Below are positions 9,790 through 20,519 of a stretch of 64,000 bases of DNA, in pieces. Made by a program: the position numbers and the translations under genes. Numbering within the stretch: the stretch's first letter is position 1; each line of letters opens with the position of its first letter. This DNA comes from Acidobacteriota bacterium (GTDB taxonomy: Bacteria > Acidobacteriota > Thermoanaerobaculia > Multivoradales > JAGPDF01), in NCBI GenBank assembly GCA_014584695.1, contig JACTMI010000032.1, positions 105,265-169,264 on the forward strand, written 5' to 3'. The notes below the pieces were generated by a model. That model searched no databases and had not been told where the DNA came from. It saw only the letters and a program-made list of their open reading frames with translations.

Positions 9790-11565
9790 TCAGTCGCCCA
9801 GCGCGGCGTAGCGCAGCGAGCGGTAGCGCGGGCCGCCGGCGGCGCGCAGGCGCTCGGCGAGCGGCTCGTGGAGCTCGGGCGTCCAGGTGGTCCAGCGCTC
9901 GAAGAAGGCCTGGGCGCGGGCGGGATCTCCCGCCGTCTGCAGCCGCAGCACCTCCGCGAGCAGGGAACGGACCGCCTCGGAGTAGCGCTCGTAGCGGATC
10001 TCCAGCCGTCCCTCCGGGTCGGCGGCGATCAGGCCGCGGTCGAGGAACCAGTTGAACTGCGCCAGCTGCATCGTCTGGTAGGGCTGGTCGCGGCGCGGGC
10101 GCCGGTCCTGGAGCGTCCGCAGGATGCCGCTCGCCTCGACCGCGCGCAGCCGCTCGGCGCTGGCGATGCCGCGGGCGTGGAAGCTCTGCAGCGCGAACAG
10201 CGCGACCAGGTCCGACTTCATCTCCTCGACCGCGTCGGCCCAGCTCTCGAGCGCATCGCCCAGCGCGCCGCCGGCGGCGGTCGCGTCGGGCCCGAGGTAG
10301 TGGCCGATCTCGTGCCAGAGCGTGCGCTCGAGGCCACCCTCCGCGGCGGGCTCCTCGGCGTGGGCCGGCGCCACCGCGGCGCGCCACTTGCGGCGGGCGA
10401 TCTCCTCGAGCTCCGGGTGGCCCAGGATGTTGCCGCGCATCAGGATGATCCGGCCGTAGCGGCGCGCGAAGAGCGGGTCGTTGGGCAGGATGCTGGCGGT
10501 GTTGGTGCCACGGGCCTGGCCGAAGTCGGCGATCACCTGGTAGACGCCCACCGGCAGGTCGGAACGGACACGCTTGCGCGGCTCGTAGGGCAGCGCGTCC
10601 TCGACCTCCTGCAGGCCGCCCAGACCTTGCGCCAGCTCCTCGGTCGCGGCGTCGTCGCGCAGGAGGATGCTCATGCCGAAGAAGGCCTTGACCCCGAACA
10701 GGGCGTCGTCGTAGCTCTCGTAAGCGCCGATCTGGACGTTCAACCGGCCGAAGCGGCCGGTGACCCAGGAGGCGTCGCCGCTCTCGTAGTCGTTCGACAC
10801 CAGGTCGCGCCCCCGATTGCGCAGGTAGCGGGCGAGCTCCGGATCGTCCCCCTCGACCGCCTGCGCGGCGCGGGTGAGGCCGCGGAAGGCCGACTCGAGC
10901 TCGGCCGGCCAGGTCAGCGCGTAGGGGAGCGCGTAGAAGGCATCCGGATTCGGCCGGTCCGCCATGGCCCGGAGCCGCTCCATCAGGCCGGGCTGGAGCG
11001 CGCTCGCGATCGAGGAGCGCCCCGGTCGCAGCAGGTCGGCGCGCAAATTCTCGCGCGTTCCCCGCCGCACCACGGTGCGGGGGTCGAGGAGCCAGGGCCG
11101 CGCCTGCGGCTGGTCGGCGAGGAAGCGCTCCAGCTCGCCGCTCGCGAGGTCGACCGGATAGACGTTCTTGCCCGGCAGCTCGGGCGCGGCGGCGACGAAG
11201 GGCTCGCGGCGGTTGTCGGGCGTGGTCGCGATCGGCCCCTGGAAGATCCGGTAGAGCTCCGCCAGCTCGGGGTCGGCGCCGGGCGTGGCGAGGAGCCGGG
11301 CGCGCCATTCCGTGGCCTCCGGATGACGCTGCAGCTCGTAGAGGCGCTGCACGATCTCACCGACCTTGAGCAACTCGTCGACCGCGCGCCGCTCGCCCGC
11401 GGTGAGCGCGGACAGGTCGGGCGCCAGGCGGACGGTGAGGGTCGAGTCGAGGATCTCGCGGCGGCGCTCGGACGGCCAGTCGCCGTACGCGGCGGTCGCG
11501 AGGGTGAGGGCCACCACAGAGGTCGACGCGAGCTGGAGAAGAGTGTGGGCGCGGCGCTCAGTCAT
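9790..11565 (-). CDS. Putative zinc metallopeptidase with HEXXH motif and signal peptide
   Basis: LWHEIGHYLGP plus a downstream EE. N-terminal hydrophobic leader. Start at ATG 11565, overlapping the upstream gene's stop as ATGA. Confidence 0.55.
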   Translation of the reverse strand: MTERRAHTLLQLASTSVVALTLATAAYGDWPSERRREILDSTLTVRLAPDLSALTAGERRAVDELLKVGEIVQRLYELQRHPEATEWRARLLATPGADPELAELYRIFQGPIATTPDNRREPFVAAAPELPGKNVYPVDLASGELERFLADQPQARPWLLDPRTVVRRGTRENLRADLLRPGRSSIASALQPGLMERLRAMADRPNPDAFYALPYALTWPAELESAFRGLTRAAQAVEGDDPELARYLRNRGRDLVSNDYESGDASWVTGRFGRLNVQIGAYESYDDALFGVKAFFGMSILLRDDAATEELAQGLGGLQEVEDALPYEPRKRVRSDLPVGVYQVIADFGQARGTNTASILPNDPLFARRYGRIILMRGNILGHPELEEIARRKWRAAVAPAHAEEPAAEGGLERTLWHEIGHYLGPDATAAGGALGDALESWADAVEEMKSDLVALFALQSFHARGIASAERLRAVEASGILRTLQDRRPRRDQPYQTMQLAQFNWFLDRGLIAADPEGRLEIRYERYSEAVRSLLAEVLRLQTAGDPARAQAFFERWTTWTPELHEPLAERLRAAGGPRYRSLRYAALGD

Positions 11566-12768
11566 GAACCGGAGGCTAGCAGAGGCTCCGCCGCGGGCAG
11601 GCCGCGCCGGGTGACCAGGTAGGTCGCGAAGCTGCCCAGCCAATGGCCCCCTTCGTAGTGCTCGCCGGTGACCCGCGGCAGCGAAGCGGCGCGGTGGCGT
11701 TCGGCGGCGGCGACCAGCGCGCGCCGGCGCTCATCCTCGGCTGGCAGGCCCGCCGCGATCCCCTCGAGCATCCACGCCCGCGAGAGGTTGAGGCCGTCGA
11801 GATGGGCGAGCTTGGGGTCCGAGGGATCGGTGACGACGCCGGGCTCGAGCCAGTCGGCGCGGCCGTCGCGGGGCAGCTTGGGCAGGAAGCCGTCGAGCCA
11901 CGCGGCCAGCTCGCGCGGCGCGAGCACCCGGCGCAGCGCGTCGGCTTCGGCCAGGCAGGGGGAGAGGAAGTCGTGCCCCGACGGCTCGTAGCCGAGCGGG
12001 CAGGCGCGATCGGCCGCGTAGAAACGCCGCAGGCTCGCGACGATCACCGCTTCGGTAGCGCGGTCACCGGCGACGCGCGCCCAATCGAGCGCCAGGCCGA
12101 GCGCGAAGGCGGTCTGGTCGTGCTCGCCGCCACGGATCGGATGGGTGAGCTTGGGCAGCCAGTCGACCAGGCGTGCCGCCGCGGCCCGCTCGAGCGGGGC
12201 GAGCGCGCGCGCCCACGCCGCGGCCTCCGGATCGTGCCACTCGCGCAGCTCGGCGGCGAGCTGCAACAGCCAGGCGAGGCCGTAAGGGCGCTCGAAGGAG
12301 ACGCGCCCCTTGCCCTCGAAGTAACCGAGCTCGGCCGCGAGCCGCTCGGCGGTCAAGCTGACGCCCAGCGCGGCGCGGGCGCGCGAGGCGAACGGCGCCT
12401 CCGGATGGAGGCGGGCCAAGCGCGCCAGCAGCCAGTGGCCATGCACGGCCGAATGCCAGTCGTAGCAGCCATAGAAGGCCGGGGTGAGCTCCCGCGGTGG
12501 CCGCACGTCGGCGTCGCTCGCGAGCACGTGCGCGATCTTGTTGGGGTACTCCTGGTGGACGCAGGCGAGCGCCAGCGCGGCGAAGCTCTCGACCGCCGCC
12601 GCGGACAGCTCCTGCGCCGCCGCCGGTGGCGGCTCGATGGCCGCGCCATCGCCCGCGGCGTGGGCCGGCGAGGCCCAGCCCGCGGCGAGCCAAGCGGCCA
12701 CGAGCCAGCCGGCCACGAGCCAGCCGGCCGCGAGCAGCGCGCTCCCTCCTCGAATGGCATGGTTCACA
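11562..12768 (-). CDS. DUF2891-family protein
   Basis: YDWHSAVHGHWLL motif. The N-terminus is low-complexity, so the start is approximate (possible GTG). Confidence 0.55.
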
Positions 12769-12887
12769 ATCTCGACCTCCCCGGCGGCCGCGCGCCGTGG
12801 GCGGCGCGGGCGGTTCCGTTGGCGCCCGATCTTACCGGGGCGGCGAGGACGCGGCGGCCGCATCCGAATGCGGCGATCTGGCCGCGC

Positions 12888-13616
12888 TCAGAAGCTCGAG
12901 GTCAGCGCGACTCCCACCCAGGTGCGCGCCGGCTGGCGGGGCAGGACCTTCTGGTCGAGGGTGACGGTCGTGCCGGCGAGCAGCGCCAGGTCGACCGCGC
13001 CACCCCCAGCGCCCAGGGCGCGCTCGAGGCGCAGATCGAGGCCGGCGTCGTGCCAGCCGGCGTGCGGACCGATCGACATGCCGTCGTCGGCCCAGCCGAC
13101 GGAGCCCTCGAGCTCGAGGCTCCAGGCCCGCCGCAGCTCGCGCTCCCAGGTGAGGGCCAGCCGTGCGTAGGTCCCCTCGAGCTCGTCGATGTCGCGGTAG
13201 AGCTCGAGCTCGGGCGAGATCTGGGCGTCGACGCGCAGCCGCAGGAAGATCTCGCGCGTGCCCGGGAAGGGGGTGTTGGGAAAGAGGTACTCGACGGCGC
13301 CCACGGCGAGCTCGACGCGGCCGAGCCGCCGCGTGTAGTCGAGGGTCCAGCAGACCTCGTTCAGCTCCCAGGCGGTGTCGTTGTCGTCGCCCAGGTCGAC
13401 GTTGCCCCAGACCTCGAGCGACAGGCCGTTGGCGTGCGCGACGGTCACGCTCGGCTGGAAGACCGGATCGTCGGTGAGGGTGATGCCGCGCCAGACGTAG
13501 CTCGTGAGCAGCCGCGCCTCGTAGCGCACTTCGACCGCGGTGGCCGTGGCCGCCGGGAGGGCCAGCAGGGCGAGCGCCAGGATCACCGTGCGAGGGGAGC
13601 CGCCGCGCCGCGCCAT
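12888..13616 (-). CDS. Outer-membrane beta-barrel protein
   Basis: Signal peptide MARRGGSPRTVILALALLALPAATA, alternating beta-strand pattern, YVWRGITLTD motif, C-terminal F. Confidence 0.5.
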   Translation of the reverse strand: MARRGGSPRTVILALALLALPAATATAVEVRYEARLLTSYVWRGITLTDDPVFQPSVTVAHANGLSLEVWGNVDLGDDNDTAWELNEVCWTLDYTRRLGRVELAVGAVEYLFPNTPFPGTREIFLRLRVDAQISPELELYRDIDELEGTYARLALTWERELRRAWSLELEGSVGWADDGMSIGPHAGWHDAGLDLRLERALGAGGGAVDLALLAGTTVTLDQKVLPRQPARTWVGVALTSSF

Positions 13617-13718
13617 GCCCTCGGAATGTAGCAGGCCCGGGCGCCGCGCGGCCCGGCCACGCTCCGCGCTATCCTGTTGCGGGGGAATGGCCGCCGCGAA
13701 CCGGCGCGCCGATCGACG

Positions 13719-14825
13719 ATGCGCCCAGTCGCCCTCTCGACTCGACTCATTACGCTGCTCGCCGCACTCGCCGGCGGACCGGCGGGCCTCGCGGCCGCCG
13801 ACGGCTGCCCGTTCGGCGTCAACATCCACGCGCCCGAAAGCGAGCGGCTCGCGCCGCTGCTCGACCGGGTGGTCGAGGCCCACCTGGGTTGGGTGCGCAT
13901 CGATTTCGTCTGGGCCGCGGTCGAGCCGGAGCCGGGGGTCGAGCGCTGGCGCACGTACGACGCGATCGCCGCCGCCGCGCGTGAGCGCGGTCTCGCGGTG
14001 CTGGCGATCCTGGCCTACACCCCGGCCTGGGCGACCGATGGACCCGAGATCGCCGGCGTGCCGCGCGACGTCGCCGACTGGGCCGACTTCTGTCATCGCG
14101 CCGCCAGCCGCTACCGCGGCACCATCGACCATTGGGAGATCTGGAACGAGCCGAACCTCCCGCGGTTCTGGAGCGGCAGCCGCAGCGATTACATCGAGAA
14201 GATCCTGAGGCCGGCGGCGCGGGCGATTCGCGCCGCCAACCCGGACGCCAGGATCGGCGGCCCGGGGCTCGCCCACCACGTCGCCTCCGGCCGCGACTGG
14301 CCCGGCTGGCTGCGCGACGTGCTGGTCGAAGCGGGCGACGAGCTCGATTTCCTCAGCCACCACGCCTACGACCTCGAGGACCCTGCCGGCGTGCTGCGCC
14401 GGCTGACGGCGGTGACGCCGTTCGGCCGCGAGCCGGCGCGCTGGGGGGAGGTGGAGCCGTCGCTACGCGAGGTGCTCGACTGGACCGGTTTCGACCGCCC
14501 GGTCTGGCTCACGGAGACCGGCTGGGTGACGACGCGCCTGGACGAGAGCCGCCAGGCCGAGCTCTACGCCCGTTTCCTCGAGCTCTGGCTCGGCGCCGAG
14601 CCGCCGCTCTGGCCGGAGCGGGTCTTTTTCTACGAGCTCCAGGACGATCCCGACCCGAACGTGCCGAACTTCGGCCTGCTGCGGGTGAGCGGCCGGCGCA
14701 AGCCCGCCTTCTCGGTGCTGCGGGACTACGCCGCGGCCCACGGCGGAGCGGGGGAAGGGGCGGAGCCGCCGCTCGAGCCGGAAGACGAGGAGGAGCGGCC
14801 CCACGGACCGCTCCGGCCCGATTGA
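13719..14825 (+). CDS. Clan GH-A glycoside hydrolase (GH5/GH39-like)
   Basis: Signal peptide. WEIWNEPN (acid/base E) and WLTETGW (nucleophile E) motifs. Confidence 0.6.
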   Translation: MRPVALSTRLITLLAALAGGPAGLAAADGCPFGVNIHAPESERLAPLLDRVVEAHLGWVRIDFVWAAVEPEPGVERWRTYDAIAAAARERGLAVLAILAYTPAWATDGPEIAGVPRDVADWADFCHRAASRYRGTIDHWEIWNEPNLPRFWSGSRSDYIEKILRPAARAIRAANPDARIGGPGLAHHVASGRDWPGWLRDVLVEAGDELDFLSHHAYDLEDPAGVLRRLTAVTPFGREPARWGEVEPSLREVLDWTGFDRPVWLTETGWVTTRLDESRQAELYARFLELWLGAEPPLWPERVFFYELQDDPDPNVPNFGLLRVSGRRKPAFSVLRDYAAAHGGAGEGAEPPLEPEDEEERPHGPLRPD

Positions 14826-15042
14826 CCCGGCGGCCGACCGCGAGCGGCGCGCGGGTACCGCGTCAGGCGCTCCGGGCCGGCGCGCGCACCGTGCAGCGCC
14901 GGCACACCGAGCCGGGCGGTCGCGCCGCTGCGGCGAGGCAACTCGAAGGCCATGCGGCACGTACCAACGAAGCTGAAGCTCTCGCGCCGCCGGAGTGCGG
15001 GTCGGGGGCGGAACGGGCGGTGGCGCCCGGGGGAGGTTGGCG

Positions 15043-15675
15043 ATGCGGATCCTGATCGTCGGCGCGACGGGGGGCACGGGGCGCGAGCTGGTGCGCCAGG
15101 GGCTCGAGCGGGGCCACGAGGTGGCGGCGTTCGTGCGCGAGCCGAAGCGGCTCGGGCGCGAGCACGAGCGGCTCGAGGTGGTGCCAGGCAACGTGCTCGA
15201 CGCCGCCGCGGTGGAGCGCGCGGTCGCCGGCCGCGAAGCGGTCCTCTCGGCGCTCGGCCACAAGCGCTGGCTCTACCCGACGCGGATCCTCTCGGAGGGC
15301 ACGCGCAACGTCGTCCGCGCGATGGAGACGCACGGCGTGCGCCGCTTCGTCTGCGAGACCGCGCTCGGCATCGCCGACGCCTGGTGGCGCCTGGGCCTCT
15401 CGTACACGCTGTTCGTGCGGCCGGTGGTGCTGCCGTTCTATTTCCACGACAAGGTCCGACAGGAACGCATCGTCCGCTCGAGCGACCTCGACTGGATCCT
15501 CGTCCGCCCCGGCGTCCTCAACAACCGCCCAGCCCGCGGCCGCTACCGCCACGGCCCTCAGGTCGGCCACTGGCTCTGGGGCGCCCGCATCTCCCGCGCC
15601 GACGTCGCCACCTTCATGCTCGACCAACTCACCGACGACACCCACCTCCACCAATCCCCCGGCCTCGCCTGGTAG
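15043..15675 (+). CDS. NAD(P)H-binding NmrA/SDR-like oxidoreductase
   Basis: MRILIVGATGGTGRELV Rossmann motif. Confidence 0.7.
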   Translation: MRILIVGATGGTGRELVRQGLERGHEVAAFVREPKRLGREHERLEVVPGNVLDAAAVERAVAGREAVLSALGHKRWLYPTRILSEGTRNVVRAMETHGVRRFVCETALGIADAWWRLGLSYTLFVRPVVLPFYFHDKVRQERIVRSSDLDWILVRPGVLNNRPARGRYRHGPQVGHWLWGARISRADVATFMLDQLTDDTHLHQSPGLAW

Positions 15676-15773
15676 CCATGGAGCTGCCCCGATTCGATGG
15701 ACGGCATGCCTGCGGTGAGCTGCCAAAGCACCTGTTCCACGGAGGATCCTCGCTGCGTTCGTGCTGAATCGGT

Positions 15774-16511
15774 TCAGGGGCCCGAGCCGTTGCTCGAGTC
15801 GCGCCGATCGTCAGGGAGCGGCGGTCCTTCGGAGCTCTCCAAGAGGAGATCTACCTCCACATGCATGCCTTCTCCCAGAGAGATCTGTCGCTCCGCAAAC
15901 CTTTCCCGCTGTAAAGTACTCGCGACAATCCTCCAAGACCCTGGTGCCAGGCCAGGGATCTCGACAACGCCATCGAAGCCGGTCTCCGCTTTCATCGAAA
16001 CGATGCCCCGCCTCGGGGGGGCATCGCCCCCCAGCCGGACGCCGACATTGTCCAGGCCGACGAAGGCCCCTGCGATCGGACGACCAGTCTCGGTGACCTC
16101 TACTCGAACGAGGGTGTCGGGCAGCTCGATAACCTCCGGTCCTCGACAGAAGTTCGGATTCTCGCTCGCGTCGATGGGCGCGAGGACGAAGAGGCTCCAT
16201 CCGAGCCGCTCACTCCTCCGCTCGAGATATGGAGTGAGGGTGGTCAATCGGCTCTCGATCGGAACGGTCGCACGTCCCGAGAAGTCCGTGGTTGCTGCTT
16301 CATCGGCTCTGTGGACCGCGGGGGCTACACCTTCTGCCAGTAGAGAAACGAGAACACCCGCAACAGCTTGGCCGCGATGAACAACACGGATTTCGCAGGA
16401 GCGAGGCATCACCGACTGCTCGTCGCTCGGCCGCGCTGGCCCGGCGAGTGCGCCGATGGCGAGAATCGCTGGAACAGTTGCGAGCGCGAAACGAGCTGCT
16501 CCGCAGGCCAT
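15774..16511 (-). CDS. Hypothetical secreted protein in the lower-GC islet
   Basis: Signal peptide MACGAARFALATVPAILAIGALAG. The region is visibly more AT-rich than its flanks. Confidence 0.4.
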   Translation of the reverse strand: MACGAARFALATVPAILAIGALAGPARPSDEQSVMPRSCEIRVVHRGQAVAGVLVSLLAEGVAPAVHRADEAATTDFSGRATVPIESRLTTLTPYLERRSERLGWSLFVLAPIDASENPNFCRGPEVIELPDTLVRVEVTETGRPIAGAFVGLDNVGVRLGGDAPPRRGIVSMKAETGFDGVVEIPGLAPGSWRIVASTLQRERFAERQISLGEGMHVEVDLLLESSEGPPLPDDRRDSSNGSGP

Positions 16512-16787
16512 GTGCTTACCTCCCACTGCCGCCCCGGCTCATTGTCTTTGCTTGGTCCAGAGATCCCGACTTTCCAGCTCGACCCGGCCAGCAAGATGAT
16601 TGTCCTCCTTGGCGGTGACGGTGACCTTCCTGCGCGATCATCCCACCGTAGCGAAGCGGCTCAGCGATGAGATCCAAAGAGCTCAACCGCAATGACCGTC
16701 AGTTTAACCCTCCGCTGCGTCGGGCGGCCGCACCTCGCGCGTTCGCAGCTGGGCGTTCAATTCGCCAGCTCTTCGAAGGGAGCATCG

Positions 16788-17273
16788 ATGAATAGCAAGC
16801 TGAGGCTGCGAGTCGCGGCGGCCGCTGGATCCATAGTGGCTGTTGCTCCGCTTGCCGTCCTGGCTCGTCACGATCTGATCCATTCGAAGCCGTTTCGGGA
16901 GACGTTCCGGCCGCTCGCCGAATCCCTCTCAGCCCTCGGCCAGTGGATGCCGGTCCTGGTGTTCGGGGCAGCACTTCTCGTGGTGCTCGGCTCCCGCGGT
17001 CGCGCGCTCGTCGTCGCGCCAGTGGCGGCGGTGCTCATTGGTGCGAGTGTGGCGCTCGCCGCCTTTCAAGTTGCTTGCGGTCGCGTGCTCTGGAGTGACT
17101 CCGACTTTCCAGCAGGCCACGACCTCGGAGTGGGCACGGTCGCTGCTGCGTTCACCAGCCTGGTTCGAGAGCAGATGCTATGCGGCCTTCTGCCAGGCGT
17201 AGTGGCGGTCGCCGTGCTTGCGTACATGGTGTGGAAGGAGCATGCGGCGGCGGGCGCTACGCGCAGCCGCTGA
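16788..17273 (+). CDS. Hypothetical membrane protein
   Basis: ATG at 16788 followed by multiple hydrophobic helices. Confidence 0.4.
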   Translation: MNSKLRLRVAAAAGSIVAVAPLAVLARHDLIHSKPFRETFRPLAESLSALGQWMPVLVFGAALLVVLGSRGRALVVAPVAAVLIGASVALAAFQVACGRVLWSDSDFPAGHDLGVGTVAAAFTSLVREQMLCGLLPGVVAVAVLAYMVWKEHAAAGATRSR

Positions 17274-17699
17274 TGCTGAGCGTTGGGAGGCGATGTCGGC
17301 GCTCCCTCAGTGCGAGCTGTGCGCATGCTCTTCGTGAAGGCGATTCTCCTGTTGCTGTTCGTCGGGGGGTTCGTCGGTCGGTGGTACCTCTGCCATGTTC
17401 TTCGAGCACGCGGAGCGGCTCCGAGCCATCTCCAGGCCTCGACTTGCCCCTTGTCAAGCGCGCCGTTCCCGACGCCGTCGACATGTTGCCCTTCCTGCCC
17501 TGGAAGAGCGTGCGACCGGGTGTTGGGCCGATCGCGCGGGCACCTCTCCCACCTCTCCGCGACTTCGACGCGGACTCTTCGTCGCTCGCTGCTGTCGCTC
17601 CTGGCCCTCCCGACGGCCTGGCGATCGGGCTCCGGGGTCGGGCATGCCCCAGGCCGGGAAATCCAAGGTAGGCTCGGACCCCAACCCAAGGAGGACGTC

Positions 17700-18329
17700 A
17701 TGGAGAAGTGTCTCGGAGAGAGCCTCGTTCGCTGGCAACTCGCGGGCCTCGTCGCGCTCGCGCTGGTCGCCGCCCCGGCGGCCGGCCAGGAGGCGCAGGG
17801 AGAGCCGCAGATGAGCGCGGAGCAGCAGAAGATGATGGAGGTCTGGATGGCGGCCATGACCCCCGGCCCCCAGCACCAGCGCCTCGCCGAAGCGGCCGGC
17901 GCGTGGACCTTCGCCGGCAAGTTCTGGATGGATCCAGCGGCGCCGCCGCAAGAGACGGCCGGCACCGCCCAGCGCGAGATGGTGCTCGGCGGCCGCGTCC
18001 TGCACGAGACCGTCTCGAGCGAGATGTGGGGGATGCCGTTCCAGGGCGTCGGCACCACCGGTTACGACAACGTCACCAAGAAGTGGTGGTCGACCTGGAA
18101 CGACAACATGTCGACCGGTCTCATGACCTCGTGGGGGACCTGCGACGAGACCATGAAGAGGTGCGAGTTCGAAGGCTCCTACCCCGACGCCATGTCCGGG
18201 ACGATGAAGAGGACCCGCATGGTCTCGACCGCAGTCAGCGCCGACCAGGAGAAGTTCGAGAGCTTCGAGGCGGGGCCCGACGGCAAGGAAATGAAGACCA
18301 TGGAGCTCGTCTACACCCGCAAGAAATAG
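17700..18329 (+). CDS. DUF1579-family secreted protein
   Basis: AGGAGG 6 nt upstream of the ATG. Signal peptide. WSTWNDNMSTG-type DUF1579 core. Confidence 0.55.
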   Translation: MEKCLGESLVRWQLAGLVALALVAAPAAGQEAQGEPQMSAEQQKMMEVWMAAMTPGPQHQRLAEAAGAWTFAGKFWMDPAAPPQETAGTAQREMVLGGRVLHETVSSEMWGMPFQGVGTTGYDNVTKKWWSTWNDNMSTGLMTSWGTCDETMKRCEFEGSYPDAMSGTMKRTRMVSTAVSADQEKFESFEAGPDGKEMKTMELVYTRKK

Positions 18330-18537
18330 CGCGCCGGCAGACGAGCGCGCCCCCCGGACGTTGAGGGCCGGCAGCATGACTCGCTCGACGAGCCGTGCGT
18401 ACCCCGTTTTGGTCACACCTAGCGAGAACTCCCGCCGCAAACCCGCGGCGGCAGGCTCGAGCGTCACCGCTCCTTTCTGGCTCTCCCTTCCTGGCTGCCC
18501 CTCGCTGGCAACCGGGCCGCCGCTCGGTGGGTCGGGC

Positions 18538-20016
18538 TCAGAGGATCGGGCTCGACTGGGCGTAGATCTCGACCGAGTCGGCGCTGGTCAGGCCACCCCG
18601 ATCGGTGGCGCGGAGGGTGAGGCGGTAGAAGCCGTTGGCGTTGGGATGGAAGTGAAACTCCGGCGCGAGCGTGCCGGAGATCGGCGCGGGGTTGGGCACC
18701 GGTGGGGATGGGACCGGTCCGCCACCGGCGCCGGTGATCGCCACCAGCTCCCAGACGATGTCGAGGTCGGAAAGCGGATCCTCGACGTCGAATGCCGTGC
18801 CGAGGAAGCTCGCGGGCTGGAACGAGAAGTAGCCGGCGACCGGCGAGCCGGTGACGTGCAGGCGATCCGGTTGTCGGATCGCCACGACCGGCGGGGCGTT
18901 GCCGTCGCCCGCCACGACCTGGACGACCCGCTCCGCGAAGGCCGTCTGACCGGTCGAGTCGGCGGCGGTGAGGCGGATCCGCAGGGGATCGGTCGGGGTG
19001 GCGAAGCTGGTCCCGACCTCGTTGCCCGAACCGAGCGCCACGAACGGACCGCCGACCTCGAGCTGTGCCGTCCACTGCAGCGCGCTGCCGGTGAGGAACC
19101 CGGAGTCCGGGTCGAGAGCGTTGCCCGAGAGCAGGACCGGTGCGCCGGCCACCAGCGTCGCGCCCGCCGCCGGCAGGAAGATGAGCGGCGTTCCGGGCGG
19201 GCGATTGATCACCGTCAGGTTGGTGCTGGCCTGCCGCGTGAGCCCGCCGCTGTCGGTCACCGTGAAAGTAATCTCGTGGTTGCCCGGCTGCAGGGAGGAG
19301 ACGAAGAGCGTGCGACCGCCGCCGGCCCGATGCCCCGCCAGCACCCCCTGCCGGTCCGAGCGGAAGACCAGCCGCTCGACGGAAAAGCTCGTGTCCTCGT
19401 CGGTCACCTGGCCGACGATCTGGATCGAGCTGCCCAGCGGAAAGAGCGGGCCGCCGGTCGCCGCCACGCTCACCACCGGCGGGTTGTTGCCGCAGGCGTC
19501 CTTGCGCAGGGTGACCGAGCGGCCGTCGAGGAACGCGGTGAGCGCTACGCCGTTCGGCGACAGCGCGGCGAGCCCGCTGCGCTCGCCGAGACCGGTCGCG
19601 GCGGCGACGAGGCGCGCCCGGCCGAAAGCGGGGAGGAGGCCGAAGAGCGAGCTCGGACGGAGAACCGCGCCGGCCAGCGCCACTTCGCCCCGCTTGCCGT
19701 CGAGCACGAACGAGCCGCCGCCTTGCAGGAGTCCGCCGGAGCGCGTCGTCACATGGTCGAGATGGATCCGGGTGTCGCGCAGCGTGATGCAGGGGTCGGG
19801 CAGGATCGGCACCGACTTGCAGAACTTCTGCGGCTCCGGCTGGCAGAAGGTGCCGAAGAAGCGCGTGTCGATCGGGCCGGTGATGGCGGGCCGCAGCGGT
19901 TCGAGGACGAACGGAAAGTCGACCTCGAAGACGGCGCTGACCGGGGGCTGGGCCGCGCCAGGGACCGCGATCAGGAGCGTGAGGAGCGCGCCGCGCGCCG
20001 CCCCGAGCGCCGTCAC
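18538..20016 (-). CDS. Secreted protein with tandem Ig/PKD-like repeats
   Basis: GTG start overlapping the upstream stop (GTGA). Signal peptide TALGAARGALLTLLIAVPGAAQP. Repeated beta-rich segments (DPDSGFLTGS, VTDSGGLT). Confidence 0.5.
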   Translation of the reverse strand: MTALGAARGALLTLLIAVPGAAQPPVSAVFEVDFPFVLEPLRPAITGPIDTRFFGTFCQPEPQKFCKSVPILPDPCITLRDTRIHLDHVTTRSGGLLQGGGSFVLDGKRGEVALAGAVLRPSSLFGLLPAFGRARLVAAATGLGERSGLAALSPNGVALTAFLDGRSVTLRKDACGNNPPVVSVAATGGPLFPLGSSIQIVGQVTDEDTSFSVERLVFRSDRQGVLAGHRAGGGRTLFVSSLQPGNHEITFTVTDSGGLTRQASTNLTVINRPPGTPLIFLPAAGATLVAGAPVLLSGNALDPDSGFLTGSALQWTAQLEVGGPFVALGSGNEVGTSFATPTDPLRIRLTAADSTGQTAFAERVVQVVAGDGNAPPVVAIRQPDRLHVTGSPVAGYFSFQPASFLGTAFDVEDPLSDLDIVWELVAITGAGGGPVPSPPVPNPAPISGTLAPEFHFHPNANGFYRLTLRATDRGGLTSADSVEIYAQSSPIL

Positions 20017-20519
20017 GGCTCCCCTCCCGGGCCGAAGGGCACGACCATCCCCAGACTGGAGCAGGTGGCAGGTACCCCGCAGCGAGGCGCGCCCAGGACG
20101 CTGGTGAAGAGCGTCGAGCCGTCGGTCGTGACGTCGACGGTCACGGCGTTGCCCGTGGCGGGCTGGCGGAACACCCGCAGCGTCAAGGTCTCGCCGCCCG
20201 CCAGCATGCCGGTGAGGTTGGCCTCCTGATCGACGACGCAGCTCGCCTCGCCTGCCAGCGCCACGAACACCGGTCCGGAGACGAGCGACAGCTCGAGGCA
20301 GCCACCGAGGACGAAGGTACCCGGCTGGCCGGCGTTGTCGAGGATCAGCCGGAACTTGCCGCCGCCCGCCGGGTCCGTGATCTCCGCCTCGAAGCAGCCC
20401 TCGAACTGCGAGTTCTGCTGCGAAACACAGTCGGCGGCGCGCGGGGGGTTGTAGCTGCAGTTGGCGCCGAAGACGACGGCGGCGAGCACGGCCGCGGCGA
20501 AGAGCAGCCGCGGAATCAC
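20013..20519 (-). CDS. Small secreted protein
   Basis: 168 aa, signal peptide IPRLLFAAAVLAAVVFGANC. GTGA overlaps with both neighbours. Confidence 0.45.
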   Translation of the reverse strand: MIPRLLFAAAVLAAVVFGANCSYNPPRAADCVSQQNSQFEGCFEAEITDPAGGGKFRLILDNAGQPGTFVLGGCLELSLVSGPVFVALAGEASCVVDQEANLTGMLAGGETLTLRVFRQPATGNAVTVDVTTDGSTLFTSVLGAPRCGVPATCSSLGMVVPFGPGGEP

